A stretch of DNA of 64,000 nucleotides, from NCBI RefSeq assembly GCF_963921235.1, contig NC_086108.1, positions 8,370,001 through 8,434,000 on the forward strand, given 5' to 3'. The notes under the pieces are model-generated. The model worked only from the letters and a program-made list of their open reading frames with translations, searched no databases and was not told the DNA's origin. Both the position numbers and the translations under genes were made by a program. This document shows positions 23,715 to 36,715 of the stretch, piece after piece (the first letter of the stretch is position 1; each line of letters opens with the position of its first letter). Origin of the DNA: Mobula hypostoma. Taxonomy: Eukaryota.

Positions 23715-23910
23715 GGGCATCACGGTAGCATAGTGGTCAGCCCAACCCTACTATAGGTCGGGGCGTTAGAGTTCCATCCTGTGCATTCCTTTCCGTGAGC
23801 AGATAGGTTTTCTCCCACATTCCAAAGACGCACCGGGTAGTAGGTTAATAGGTCATTGTAATCGGAGGATTGCTGGGTGGCGTGGCTCGAAGGGCCTAAT
23901 CTGTAAATAA
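23715..23910 (+). mobile_element. Decayed V-SINE-like element (inverted copy at ~44070-44270)
   Basis: Degenerate tRNA-like head and TTTTCTCCCACATTCCAAAGACG...GTAGGTTAATAGG body. Confidence 0.45.
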
Positions 23911-24041
23911 ATATATATGTACTTTGATAATAAAATTTACTTTGAACTTTTGAAAATCAGACAGAAACTGGAGATTCAGGTGTTGAACTGATAATTTTGC
24001 CCTGCCCTTTGGATGAGACAATGTCAGAAGTAGAATTGCTT

Positions 24042-24620
24042 TGAAATGTTAAGAACTTCATTAAAATCGATCGTGGATATTGGTCATCTTTTGGTTTTGG
24101 TCTTAGAGCTCTATGTGCCCGCTCAATTTCAATTGGTCGAACCTCCTCTTCCATTTGCAAAACATCCGGGATCTATCTTTGAAAAAATTCTATTGGTTTT
24201 TCTCCCTCCGTACCTTCTTTAATACCAACAATTTTAATATTATTACGTCTACTGAAATTTTCCAACATGTCCACTTTCTCCAAGAGTCGATTTCTTTCCA
24301 AGTTCCAGACAAGCAGATCATTTTCTGTTTTTTCCACTCTATCATTCATATGCCCCATTGCTCCTTCCATCTTCTGAAGCTTCTTATCCATTTTGTCCTG
24401 TCTTTCCATAACTCTATTATAGCACATCTTCATATCGCTAAGCTCTTCTCTTACTTTTCTTAGTTCAGCCGTTAATTGCAATATAGCCTCTCTTATGTCT
24501 CTATCATCTCCTTTATTTCCAATTGCTTCCAATTCTTCCTCCTCTTCTTCATCTGTGTTCTCTGCAGAATCCAAATCTGACTCTGAGTCATTTTCAATTG
24601 CAGTGGCTGTCGGTTCTTGT
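24042..24620 (-). pseudogene. Inverted L1 ORF1p fragment (coiled coil + RRM start)
   Basis: LENFSRRNNIKIVG..EGTEG and IEIERAHRAL...PRSIL.KF motifs; frameshifted here but open in the 42908-43525 copy. Confidence 0.8.
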
Positions 24621-27013
24621 AGTTTACAAAGTAATAAATCTCCAGGAGAGGATGGTTTTCCACCTGAATTTTATAAAAAATTTAAAGATTTATTATTTCC
24701 TCTCTTTATGGAACTAATACGTCAAGCAGAAAAAATACATAAACTTCCAGAATCTTTTTCAACAGCGATTGTAATAGTATTGCCAAAAAAAGACAGAGAT
24801 CCTATGAAATCAACATCATACAGGCCTATTTCTTTATTGAATACGGATTATAAAATAATAGCAAAAATTTTATCGAATAGATTATCTAAATATTTACCAA
24901 AATTAATACATATGGATCAAACAGGATTTATTAAAACTAGACAATTGGCAGATAATGTAACCCGGCTACTCAGTATAATTCATTTGGCACAAAAAAGGGA
25001 CGAGAAGAGTATAGTAGTAGCTTTGGATGCAGAAAAAGCATTTGATAGATTAGAATGGAATTTTTTATTTAAAGTATTAGAAAAATATGGGTTAGGAACA
25101 TCTTTTATAAATTGGATTAAAACTTTAAATTCTAACCCTAAGGCTAAAGTAGTGACAAACTCTCAAATTTCAACACCATTCCAGTTAAAAAGGTCAACTA
25201 GACAAGGTTGTCCATTATCACCTGCTTTATTTGTACTGGCGATAGAGCCATTAGCAGAACTAATCAGAATTGATCCAGATATCATGGGTTTTAGAGTTAA
25301 TCAGGAGGAATATAAAATGAATCTTTTTGCCGATGATGTTTTGATCTACTTAACAAACCCACAACATTCGTTACATAAATTATCTTCTAGATTGGATGAA
25401 TATGGGAAGGTATCAGGTTACAAAATAAATTGGGATAAAAGTGAAATTTTACCTCTTACTAAAGGAGACTATAGTCAATGTCGATTAGTAACCCAATTTA
25501 GATGGCCGGTAAATGGTATAAAGTATTTATGTATCAGACTTGATAATGATGTAAAGAATTTATATAAATTTAATTATTTACCACTATTGAAAAAAATTCA
25601 AGAAGATTTTGACAAATGGATGATACTACCAATAACATTAGTAGGTAGAGTCAATGTTGTAAAAGTGAATATATTTCCTCGATTACAGTATTTGTTTCAA
25701 ACATTATCAATACAATTGCCACAGCAGTTTTTTCAAGAGTTAAATAAATGTGTGAGAAAATTTCTTTGGAAAGGTAAAATGTCAAGAATATCATTGGAAA
25801 AATTGACATGTAAATTTGGGTTAGGAGGGTTTCAACTTCCAAACTTCAAAAACTATTATAAAGCAAATCAACTTAGATTTATTGCATCTTTCTTCGATGA
25901 TCGAAAACCAGCATGGATTAAAATAGAATTAGACAAGATAGGAGAAAATAGACCTGAAGATTTTATATATAAATGGGAATCTAAATGGATACGGGAAAAG
26001 AAAGAATCTCCTATATTAACACATTTGATTGATCTATGGAATAAGATAAATGTTGATAATGAAACACAGAAATCTCTATTAGCAAGGAGACCTTTGTTCC
26101 AAAACAGACTTATTCCTTTTACAATGGACAAACAATTTTTATATAATTAGTACCAAAAAGGGATTAAATTTATAGGAGATTGTTTTGAACAAGGTATATT
26201 GATGTCATTTGAACAATTAAAGGATAAATATAAAATATCAAATAATATTTTCTTTTGTTACTTTCAATTAAGGGCTTACTTAAAAGGTAAGCTGGGTCAA
26301 ACAATGTTTTTGCCAAAACCTAATGAAATTGAAATTTTAATTCAAAAAGGGAAAATTAAAAAATTTATTTCTTGTATGTATAATTTGATTCAAGAACAGA
26401 CAATTAAACAAGGAACCCATAAGTCAAAGCAAAAATGGGAAACAGATCTGAATATTAATATTGATGAAACAAATTGGTCAAGACTCTGTCTTGACAGTAT
26501 GACAAATACAATAAATGTTCGACTAGATCAGTACAATATAATTTTTTACACCAATTATATATTACACCACAAAAAATAAATAGATTAAATTCAAATCTAT
26601 CCGATAAATGCTTTCGGTGTAATCAAGAAATTGGTACTTTTTTACATTCTACTTGGTCTTGTTTTAAAATTCAACCCTTTTGGATAAATTTAAGAGTCTT
26701 ATTGGAACAAATTACTGGAACTCAACTTCCACATAACCCTGTATTATTTCTATTAGGTGATATTGAAGGGATAAAACTGAAACTTAAATTGAATAAATAT
26801 CAGAAAGAATTTATAAAAATTGCATTGGCAGTAGCTAAGAAGACTATAGCAGTTACTTGGAAATCTGATTCGTATTTAAGTATGGATCGTTGGAATAATG
26901 AAATGGCTAGTTCTATTCCACTCGAAAAAATTACTTATAATTTAAGAGATAAATATGTAACATTTTTGAATATTTGGCACCCTTATTTACAAAAGATAGG
27001 ATGGCATATTTAA
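24621..27013 (+). pseudogene. L1 ORF2p fragment (RT + C-terminal CCHC region, no EN), with a stop and a frameshift
   Basis: NKSPGEDG, YRPISLLNTDYKI, DQTGF, LDAEKAFD, TRQGCPLSP, LFADD; TAG at 26148-26150. Confidence 0.85.
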
Positions 27014-27374
27014 ATGCTCCGATAAAGAGCTTGGTCCCTTGGGGAAAGTAACGAATAATTATACCAAATTTATTTTGAATCCCATGGAGCATGTGGAAAC
27101 CTTCCAATACCCAGGCGGCTCTTTTCTTTTTTTTCTCTTTTCTTTCCTTTTAGGTAGGACTATATATGGGGGGGGGGTTAAGGGGAGGGGGGAGGGTAGA
27201 TTTTATCTTTTCATGTATTCTTTTTGAAAACTCAATAAAAATTACAAAAAAAAGTAGAATCGCTTAGATTTTCAAAGTGCCGAGCTCCTTCCCTCTATGA
27301 CCCCTACCACACAACAAGTCAGGACTATCCACTCATTCCTCCCCAAAGCCACAAGGACACAGAGGGTGGAGGAC

Positions 27375-28030
27375 ATCTGGAGTATTGCGTTCAGTTCTGG
27401 TCGCCTCATTATAGGAAAGATGTGGAAGCTTTAGAGAGGGTGCACGCAAGTTTGCCATCATCCTGTCTCCATTAGAGAGCGTGTGTTTATGTGGCTAGAT
27501 TGAGCGAGGTACAGCTTCGCTCTTTGGAGCAAAGGAGGATGAAAGGTGACTTGATAGAAGTGTACAAGATGAAAAGAGGCATGGATCAAGTGGACAGCTA
27601 GAAACTTTTTCCCAGGGTGGAAATGGCTAATACCAGGGGGCATAATTTTAAGGCATTTGGAGGAAAATATAGGTGAGGACAATGTCAGAGGTAGCTTTTT
27701 TAAAAACACAGGCGTTATGGAGCGCCTGGAATCCACTGGCACAGGCGGTGGTAGAAACAGATCGATTAGGAAGATTTAAGAGATCCTTAAAGATAGGCAC
27801 ATGGATGACAGCCATGTGGGAGGGAGGGATTAGACTGGTTTTGAAAATTAGGCACAACATTGTTAACTGAAGAGGCTAGACTGTGCTGGAATGTTCTACA
27901 TTCTAGGTTTTGCTATTTTGGATCTTCCTGTCTAGAAGGGTTAGATTGATCTTCGAGTAGGGTAAAAGGTCAGGACAACACTGTGGACTGAAGGGCCTAG
28001 ACGGTGCTGTAATGATTTGTGTTCTATGAT
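27375..28030 (+). mobile_element. Decayed CR1 3' fragment (inverted copy at ~39475-40130)
   Basis: HLEYCVQFWSPHYRKDVEALERV trace followed by the 3' tail. Confidence 0.7.
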
Positions 28031-28214
28031 AGTTCTTTGTTCCAGAACGGGGGACGGATTGGTGGACCAGAACATCAAGAAAATACCGAAAATGAAAACA
28101 AAAGTTTGAGGAGACAAGATTGAAGGTCAGAGCAGACAGAATATTTACTGGTGATCTTCCCTCAGTAAGTGGAGCCCAAACCTGCTTTTTGATATTGGAT
28201 ATCACCGTCGGAAT

Positions 28215-28490
28215 GCATCTGAACATTTCCAATCATCGTCACGAGGGGTTGATGCAAGCTGTGTCTCCAAGAGGACATGGCCACCGTCATCAGGAGGAAA
28301 CGTTGGATACGGATCGGGCACGTGATGAGAAGAGAGGTCAGCTCCATCTTCAAGGCAGCACCTCACTGGACCTCAGAAGGGCGAAGGAAACACGGGAAAC
28401 CAAAGACAACTCAGCACCGCACCGGAGAGGCAGAAATGAGGACCCTGAACCTCAGCTGACACACAATAGAGAAGACAGCCAAGGACAGCT
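28215..28490 (+). mobile_element. RTE-clade LINE 3' fragment (inverted copy at ~39010-39290)
   Basis: IRRKRWIRIGHVMRRE...WTSEGRRKHGKPKTT resembles the RTE ORF C-terminus. Confidence 0.65.
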
Positions 28491-28966
28491 GACTCATATC
28501 ACCAAATCATATCGTTTCCTCGCGGCCCGGTGGTTGGGGACCGCTGCAGTAGAGGCTCGACTCAGACTTCACACTAAAATGGGCAATGCCATGGCAGATT
28601 AAAACTAACCTCTGTCTCTTTGCTTAGTAACATTCCTAGTTTTGTTTAACCCTTCTGAGTCATTGTGTGATCCTGCGGTTGAGTCTGAAGATGCAGTGTG
28701 ACATTTTGAGGTCAAGAGTACGTCTTGTTTCCTGGGAAACCATTCAACAGTCTTATAACAGGAAGATAGAAGCTGTCTTTGAGCCTGGTAGTGTGTGCTT
28801 TCAGGCTTTTGTCGCTTCTGCTCACTGAGAGAGGGGAGAAGAGAGAATGTCTGGGGTGGATGGGATCTTTGATTCTGCCAGAAACCATTATTGTCCACTT
28901 TTGTAATTGATCATGCTTTTATGTATTGCTCTGAACTGCTGCTGCAAAGTGACCAATATTACCACA

Positions 28967-29037
28967 TACAGTGCTGTGCAAAAGTCTTAGGCACATATAC
29001 ACAGCCAGGGTGCCTAAAACTTTTGCACACGACTGTA
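28967..29037. mobile_element. Tc1-like MITE copy (another at 38466-38536; half copies at ~20327 and ~62615)
   Basis: TA-CAGTGCTGTGCAAAAGTCTTAGGCAC...GTGCCTAAAACTTTTGCACACGACTG-TA. Confidence 0.65.
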
Positions 29038-30671
29038 TTTGTCAACGTGGAGCAGAGAGTGAGCTTGTAAATCTGACAGGAGCAAAGGATGTTGGGGATG
29101 GTGAGTGTGGAGTGTGGGACAGGAAGGGAGTGCGAGGGGCAGGGGATGGTGCAGGTACAGACACACCCAGCCCTGAGACACCAGGCAAGGTCATTTCATT
29201 CCAAACAACTGGTTTATTGATCATTACAGAATGTCTCTCTGATGCTTCCTGCTCCCTCCCCTCCCTCCTCTCCACGATTCCCCTCTCCCTGTCCCCCTCC
29301 CACTCTCAGTCATCGTCCATAATAGAGACCCATATCAGAATCAGGTTTATCATATGTCATGAATTTGCTCTTTATTTTGCGGTAGCAGTACAGTGCGATA
29401 CATAAAATTGCTGTAGTACGCTGCAGAAGTCTTGGGAACCCGGGCTATTGTAGACACCACTGTTGCTGACCATATCAAAGGTGGTGAAGAGTCAGCATAG
29501 AGGAGGGAGATGGAAAATCTGACTCAGTGGAGCCACAACTACAACCTCTCACTCAGTGTCAGCAAGCTGAAGGAGCCGATTATTGACTTCGGGAGAAGGA
29601 AACCAGAGGTCCCTGAGCCAGTCCTCACTGAAAGGTCAGAGCCGGGGTCGGGGGGTGGGGCGGTATTAGCAACTTTAAATTCCTCAGTGTTATTATTTCG
29701 GAGAACCCGTCCTGCTCCCAGCATGCAGGGGCAACTACAGAGAAAGCATGGCATCATCTCTCCTTCCTTAGGAGTTTGAAGAGATTCAGCATGACATCTA
29801 AAACTTTGACAGACTTCTATAGATGTGTAGTGGAGAATGTATTGACGGGCTGCATCATGGCCTGGTATGGACACACCAATGCCTTTGAATGGAAAAACCT
29901 ACAAAAAGTAGTGAATATGGTTCAGTCCATTATGGGTAAAGGCCTCCCTACCACTGAGCACATCTACATGAAACGCTGTCGTAGGAAAGCAGCATCCATC
30001 GTCAGAGATCCCCAACACCCAGGCCATGCTCTCTTCTCACTGCTGTCATCAGGTAGAAGGTACAGGGGTCTCTGGACCCACACCACCAGGTTCAGGAACA
30101 GTTATTACCCCTCAACCATCAGGCTCCTGAATCAAAGGGAATAACTTCACTCACCCCATCACTGAAATGTTCCCACACCAATGGACTCACTTTCAAGGAT
30201 TCTTCATCTCATGTTCTCAATATTTTTTGCTTATTTACCCATTATTATTTCTTCTTTTTGAATTTGCACAGTTTGTTGCACTCTGGTTAAACACCCAAGT
30301 TGGGCGGTCTTTCATTGATTCTGTTATAGTTATTATTCAATTCATCCTGCTTCGCGTTTGATTCGAAGAAGGAGTCTGAGAGTCTGAGTGGGAGTGCCGA
30401 GAAAGACATTTTTGAAATTTTCGTTATTTTTTTTCTCCAACGGCTTTCTGAGAGGCGGGACTGTGCAGGCGTATGACGTCGGGCTCTGCAGCGCGGCAGA
30501 TTTAAAAGGAACAGAGCCTCATAGAGCGGGCAGCGTAGTTTGCGGGCGACGGAGTGAGCCGGGAGCAGAGTGAAGACCTAAGGGCTTCGGCTCAACGGGC
30601 TTAGGCGGAAGCGGGCGAGGCGAGGAAGGTTTGGCATTCATTTTCTGTTGCTATTTGAGGAGAGGGGCATT

Positions 30672-31607
30672 ATGACTGTGAGGGCAGTTTGCTGTTCTCG
30701 GTGTCGGATGGGGAAGGCCCTGGAGTCTCCAAGCCTCCCGGACGTCTACATCTGCGCCAAGTGCATCGAGATGCAGCTCCTAAGGGACCGCGTTACGGAA
30801 CTGGAGCTGCAGCTCGATGACCTTCGTCTGGTCAGGGAGAGCGAGGAGGTGATAGAGAGGAGTTGCAGGCAGGTGGTCACACCGGGGCCACGGGAGGCAG
30901 GCAAGTGGGTCACGGTTAGGAGGGGGAAGGGGAAAAGTCAGGTAATAGGGAGTACCCCGGTGGCTGTGCCCCTTAACAACAGGTACTCCTGTTTGAGTAC
31001 TGTTGGGGGGGACAGCTTACCCGGGGAAAGCGACAGTGGCCGTGCCTCCGGCACAGAGTCCGGCCCTGTAGCTCAGAAGGGTAGGGCAAGGAAGAGGAGG
31101 GCAGTTGTGATAGGGGACTCGATAGTAAGGGGGTCAGATAGGCGATTCTGTGGACGCAGTCCAGAGACCCGGATGGTAGTTTGCCTCCCTGGTGCCAGGG
31201 TCCGGGATATTTCTGATCGTGTCCAAGATATCCTGAAGTGGGAGGGTGAGGAGCCAGAGGTCGTGGTACATATAGGTACCAATGACATAGGTAGGAAAAG
31301 GGATGAGGTCCTGAAAGAAGAATATAGGGAGCTAGGAAGGGAGTTGAGAAAAAGGACCGCAAAGGTAGTAATCTCGGGATTACTGCCTGTGCCACGCGAC
31401 AGTGAGAGTAGGAATGTGATGAGGTGGAGGATAAATGCGTGGCTGAGGGATTGGAGCAGGGGGCAGGGATTCAAGTTTTTGGATCATTGGGACCTCTTTT
31501 GGAGCAGGCGTGACCTGTACAAAAAGGACGGGTTACACTTGAATCCTAGGGGGACCAATATCCTGGCAGGAAGATTAGCGGGGGCTACTGAGGTGACTTT
31601 AAACTAG
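30672..31607 (+). CDS. CR1 ORF1p (Zn finger, coiled coil, SGNH esterase), intact from ATG (MTVRAVCC...)
   Basis: Same motifs as copy 1; ATG at 30672. Confidence 0.8.
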   Translation: MTVRAVCCSRCRMGKALESPSLPDVYICAKCIEMQLLRDRVTELELQLDDLRLVRESEEVIERSCRQVVTPGPREAGKWVTVRRGKGKSQVIGSTPVAVPLNNRYSCLSTVGGDSLPGESDSGRASGTESGPVAQKGRARKRRAVVIGDSIVRGSDRRFCGRSPETRMVVCLPGARVRDISDRVQDILKWEGEEPEVVVHIGTNDIGRKRDEVLKEEYRELGRELRKRTAKVVISGLLPVPRDSESRNVMRWRINAWLRDWSRGQGFKFLDHWDLFWSRRDLYKKDGLHLNPRGTNILAGRLAGATEVTLN

Positions 31608-34600
31608 AATGGTTGGGGGGGTGGGAATCAAATTAAAGAGGCTAGGCGTGAGGAGGTTAGTTCACAACAGGGGGATGGGAACCAGTGCAGAGAGACAGAG
31701 GGGTGTAAAGTGAGGGTAGAAGCAAAAAGTACTAAGGAGAAAAGTAAAAGTGGCAGGCCGACAAATCCAGGGCAAGCATTAAAAAGGGCCACTTTTCAAC
31801 ATAATTGTATAAGGGCTAAGAGAGTTGTAAAAGAGCGCCTGAAGGCTTTGTGTGTCAATGCAAGGAGCATTCGTAATAAGGTGGATGAATTGAAAGTGCA
31901 GATTGTTATTAATGATTATGATATAGTTGGGATCACAGAGACATGGCTCCAGGGTGACCAGGGATGGGAGCTCAACGTTCAGGGATATTCAATATTCAGG
32001 AGGGATAGACATGAAGGAAGGGGAGGTGGGGTGGCGTTGCTGGTTAAAGAGGAGATTAACGCAATAGAAAGGAAGGACATAAGCCGGGAAGATGTGGAAT
32101 CGATATGGGTAGAGCTGTGTAACACTTAGGGGCAGAAGACGCTGGTGGGAGTTGTGTACAGGCCACCCAACAGTAGTAGTGAGGTTGGGGATGGTATTAA
32201 ACAGGAAATTAGAAATGTGTGCAATAAAGGGACAGCAGTTATAATGGGTGACTTCAATCTACATGTAGATTGGGTGAAGCAAATTGGTAAAGGTGCTGAG
32301 GAAGAGGATTTCTTGGAATGTATGCGGGATGGTTTTTTGAACCAACATGTCGAGGAACCAACTAGAGAGCAGGCTATTCTGGACTGGGTTTTGAGCAATG
32401 AGGAAGGGTTAATTAGCAATCTTGTCGTGAGAGGCCCCTTGGGTAAGAGTGACCATAATATGGTGGAATTCTTCATTAAGATGGAGAGTGACATAGTTAA
32501 TTCAGAAACAAAGGTTCTGAACTTAAAGAGGGGTGACTTTGAAGGTATGAGACGTGAATTAGCTAAGACAGACTGGCAAATGACACTTAAAGGATTGACG
32601 GTGGATATGCAATGGCAAGCATTTAAAGGTTGCATGGATGAACTACAACAGTTGTTCATCCCAGTTTGGGAAAAGAATAAATCAAGGAAGGTAGTGCACC
32701 TGTGGCTGACAAAAGAAATTAGGGATAGTATCAATTCCAAAGAAGAAGCATACAAATTAGCCAGAGAAAGTGGCTCACCTGAGGACTGGGAGAAATTCAG
32801 AGTTCAGCAGAGGAGGACAAAGGGCTTAATTAGGAAGGGGAAAAAAGATTATGAGAGAAAACTGGCAGGGAACATAAAAACGGACTGTAAAAGCTTTTAT
32901 AGATATGTAAAAAGGAAAAGACTGGTAAAGACAAATGTAGGTCCCCTGCAGACAGAAACAGGTGAATTGATTATGGGGAGCAAGGACATGGCAGACCAAT
33001 TGAATAATTACTTTGCTTCTGTCTTCACTAAGGAAGACATAAATAATCTTCCAGAAATAGTAAGGGACAGAGGGTCCAGTGAGATGGAGGAACTGAGCGA
33101 AATACATGTTAATAGGGAAGTGGTGTTAGGTAAATTGAAGGGATTGAAGGCAGATAAATCCCCAGGGCCAGATGGTCTGCATCCTAGAGTGCTTAAGGAA
33201 GTAGCCCAAGAAATAGTGGATGCATTAGTAATAATTTTTCAAAACTCGTTAGATTCTGGACTAGTTCCTGAAGATTCGAGGGTGGCTAATGTAACCCCAC
33301 TTTTTAAAAAAGGAGGGAGAGAGAAACCGGGGAATTATAGACCGGTTAGCCAAATGTCAGTGGTGGGGAAACTGCTGGAGTCAGTTATCAAGGATGTGAT
33401 AACAGCACATTTGGAAAGCGGTGAAATGATCGGACAAAGTCAGCATGGATTTGTGAAAGGAAAATCATGTCTGACGAATCTCATAGAATTTTTTGAGGAT
33501 GAAACTAGTAGAGTGGATAGGGGAGAACTAGTGGATGTGGTATATTTGGATTTTCAAAAGGCTTTTGACAAGGTCCCACACAGGAGATTAGTGTGCAAAC
33601 TTAAAGCACACGGTATTGGGAGTAAGGTATTGGTGTGGGTGGAGAATTGGTTAGCAGACAGGAAGCAAAGAGTGGGAATAAACGGGACCTTTTCAGAATG
33701 GCAGGCGGTGACTAGTGGGGTACCGCAAGGCTCAGTGCTGGGACCCCAGTTGTTTACAATATATATTAATGACTTGGATGAGGGAATTAAATGCAGCATC
33801 TCCAAGTTTCCGGATGACACAAAGCTGGGTGGCAGTGTTAGCGGTGAGGAGGATGCTAAGAGGATGCAGGGTGACTTGGATAGGTTGGGTGAGTGGGCAA
33901 ATTCATGGCAGATGCAATTTAATGTGGATAAATGTGAAGTTATCCACTTTGGTGGCAAAAATAGGAAAACAGATTATTATCTGAATGGTGGCCGATTAGG
34001 AAAAGGGGAGGTGCAACTAGACCTGGGTGTCATTATACACCAGTCATTGAAAGTGGGCATGCAGGTACAGCAGGCGGTGAAAAAGGCGAATGGTATGCTG
34101 GCATTTATAGCGAGAGGATTCGAGTACAGGAGCAGGGAGGTACTACTGCAGTTGTACAAGGCCTTGGTGAGACCACACCTGGAGTATTGTGTGCAGTTTT
34201 GGTCCCCTAATCTGAGGAAAGACGTCCTTGCCATAGAGGGAGTACAAAGAAGGTTCACCAGATTGATTCCTGGGATGGCAGGACTTTCATATGAAGAAAG
34301 ACTGGATGAACTGGGCTTGTACTCGTTTGAATTTAGAAGATTGAGGGGGGATCTGATTGAAACGTATAAGATCCTAAAGGGATTGGACAGGCTCGATGCA
34401 GGAAGATTGTTCCCGATGTTGGGGAAGTCCAGAACGAGGGGCCACAGTTTGAGGATAGAGGGGAAGCCTTTTAGGACCGAGATTAGGAAAAACTTCTTCA
34501 CACAGAGAGTGGTGAATCTGTGGAATTCTCTGCCACAGGAAACAGTTGAGGCCAGTTCATTGGCTATATTTAAGAGGGTGTTAGATATGGCCCTTGTGGC

Positions 34601-34646
34601 TACGGGGGTCATGGGGTATGGAGGGAAGATTGGGGCGGGGTTCTGA
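31608..34646 (+). pseudogene. CR1 ORF2 interrupted by a nonsense codon in the endonuclease domain
   Basis: AAG>TAG at 32127-32129 relative to copy 1; the remaining 833 aa are open. Confidence 0.85.
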
Positions 34647-35272
34647 GTTGGAGGATCAGCCATGATCATAAGAAATGGCGGTGCAGGCTCGAAGGGCCGA
34701 ATGGCCTACTCCTGCACCTATTTTCTATGTTTCTATGTAAGAAAGAATTGGCAAGAATACCAAATTGGGCGGTCTTTCATTGATTCTGTTATAGTTATTA
34801 TACAATTGATTTATTAAGTATGCCTGCAAGAAAATCAATTTCAGGATTGTATATGGTGACATATATGTAATTGACAATAAAATTTACTTTGAACTTGATA
34901 TATAAGCACAGTGCTGTGTATCAATGATAATAAATGATTGGGATTCAGCTGAGTTTCAGCACACAGACGTAGACATAGGACCTCTCTCCTCTCCCCACTC
35001 ACCTCTCTTCCCCTTCCTCTCTTCTCTGCATCTCCTCCCCCTCCCCGTTCTCTCTTCTCCCCCTCTCCTCTACCCCCTCTCTCCCTACCCCCTCTTCTAC
35101 CTACCCCCCTCTCCTCCCCCCCTCTCCTTTCCCCTCCCCACTCTCTCCTCTACCCCTCTCCCCTACACCCTACCCTACCCCTTCGCTCGCCTATCCTCTC
35201 TGCCCTCCACCTCCCCCTCCCCTCCCCTCTCCCTCACTTTGTTCCCCAAACCTGGTAAAGAGCTGCCCCTTG

Positions 35273-35286
35273 GCGCCCTCTGGTGG
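35273..35286 (-). promoter_or_regulatory. CTCF binding motif (copy 4)
   Basis: GCGCCCTCTGGTGG on + strand. Confidence 0.75.
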
Positions 35287-36701
35287 AGGAAGCAGGAGCC
35301 ACCTCAGTTCAGAAGCGGAATGGTATTTGCAATTTTCCAGCCCCCAGGAACCATTCCAGTGTTCGGTGGTTCTTGAACGATCAAGACTAATGCCTCCACT
35401 CTCTCTCTTCTGCTACCTCTTTCAGACCCTGCAGGTGTAGTTCAACTGGTCCAGGTGACTTGTCCACCTTCAGGCTTTTCAGTTTCCCAACCATTCCTCC
35501 TTAGTGATAGTGCGGCACTAACTTCTGCCCCTGACACTCCTGCTTTCCTGGCATTCTGCTGTCTCCCGCAGTGTAGACTGATGCAAAAGACTTATTAAGT
35601 TCATCCACCATTTCTTTTCCCCCTGTTACTACCTCTCCAGTGTCATTTTCCAGTGGTCCGATATCCACTCTCGCCTCTCGTTTACTCTTTATACATCTGA
35701 GAAAAGGTCAGCAGGGCAGGCAGCATCTATGGAGGGGAATAAACAGTTCACGTTTCGGGCCGAAACCCTTCATCAGGACTGGAAAGGAAGGGGGAAGATG
35801 CCTGAAAAAGAAATGAGCGTGTGGGGAGGAGGGCAAACTGGCAGGTGATGGGCGAGAGCAGGTGGGTGGTAAAGAAGGAAGTCGGGAGGTGACAGGTGGA
35901 AGAGGGCAAGGGCTGGAGAAGAAGGAATATGACAGGAAGGGACATGGACCGTGGGAGAAAGGGAAGGAGCAGGGAAACCAAAGGGAGGTGATAGGCAGGT
36001 GAGGAGAGCGGGAACCAGAATGGGGAATGGGAAAAAGGGAACAGAGAAATTACCAGAAGTTAGAGAAATCTAATTTAAACAGTCTACGCTTTGGAATAGA
36101 AAGGTTTTATAAACGGGGAAAAATATAAAATTCTGAGGTGCAGATGGACTTGTGCAGGATTCCCTAAAGGTTAATTTGCAGGTTGAGTCAGTGGTGAGGA
36201 CGGCAAATGCAATGTTAGCATTCATTTCAAGAGGAGTAGAATATAAAAGCAAGGATGTAATGCTGAGGTGTTACAATACATTGGTGAGGTCAGATGTATA
36301 AAGAGTAAACGAGAGGCGAGAGTGGATATCGGACCGCTGGAAAATGACACTGGAGAGGTAGTAACAGGGGGAAAAGAAATGGTGGATACATTTAATAAGT
36401 CTTTTTCATCAGTCTACACTGCGGGAGACAGCAGAATGCCAGGAAAGCAGGAGTGTCAGGGGCAGAAGTTAGTGCCACACTATTACTAAGGAGGAATGGT
36501 TGGGAAACTGAAAAGCCTGAAGGTGGACAAGTCACCTGGACCAGTTGAACTACACCTGCAGGGTCTGAAAGAGGTAGCAGAAGAGAGAGTGCAGACATTA
36601 GTCTTGATCGTTCAAGAACCACCGAACACTGGAATGGTTCCTGGGGGCTGGAAAATTGCAAATACCATTCCGCTTCTGAACTGAGGTGGCTCCTGCTTCC
36701 T

Positions 36702-36715
36702 CCACCAGAGGGCGC
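36702..36715 (+). promoter_or_regulatory. CTCF binding motif (copy 5)
   Basis: CCACCAGAGGGCGC. Confidence 0.75.

Larger units (their letters stand above)
24028..27265 (+). mobile_element. L1-clade LINE with 5' inversion, poly(A) tail and 14-bp TSD
   Basis: ORF1 fragment on the minus strand (24042-24620), ORF2 fragment on the plus strand (24621-27013), AATAAA plus an A-rich tail; TSD AAGTAGAAT(T/C)GCTT at 24028-24041 and 27252-27265. Confidence 0.85.
30343..34737 (+). mobile_element. Near-full-length CR1 LINE, copy 2
   Basis: Highly similar to copy 1, with the same 5' junction TTCAATT|CATCCTGC. Confidence 0.95.

Noticed and set aside
24495..26150. 551-aa ORF as an intact gene with a Ser-rich N-terminus
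   Set aside because: The N-terminus is antisense L1 ORF1 fused by the inversion to a truncated ORF2.
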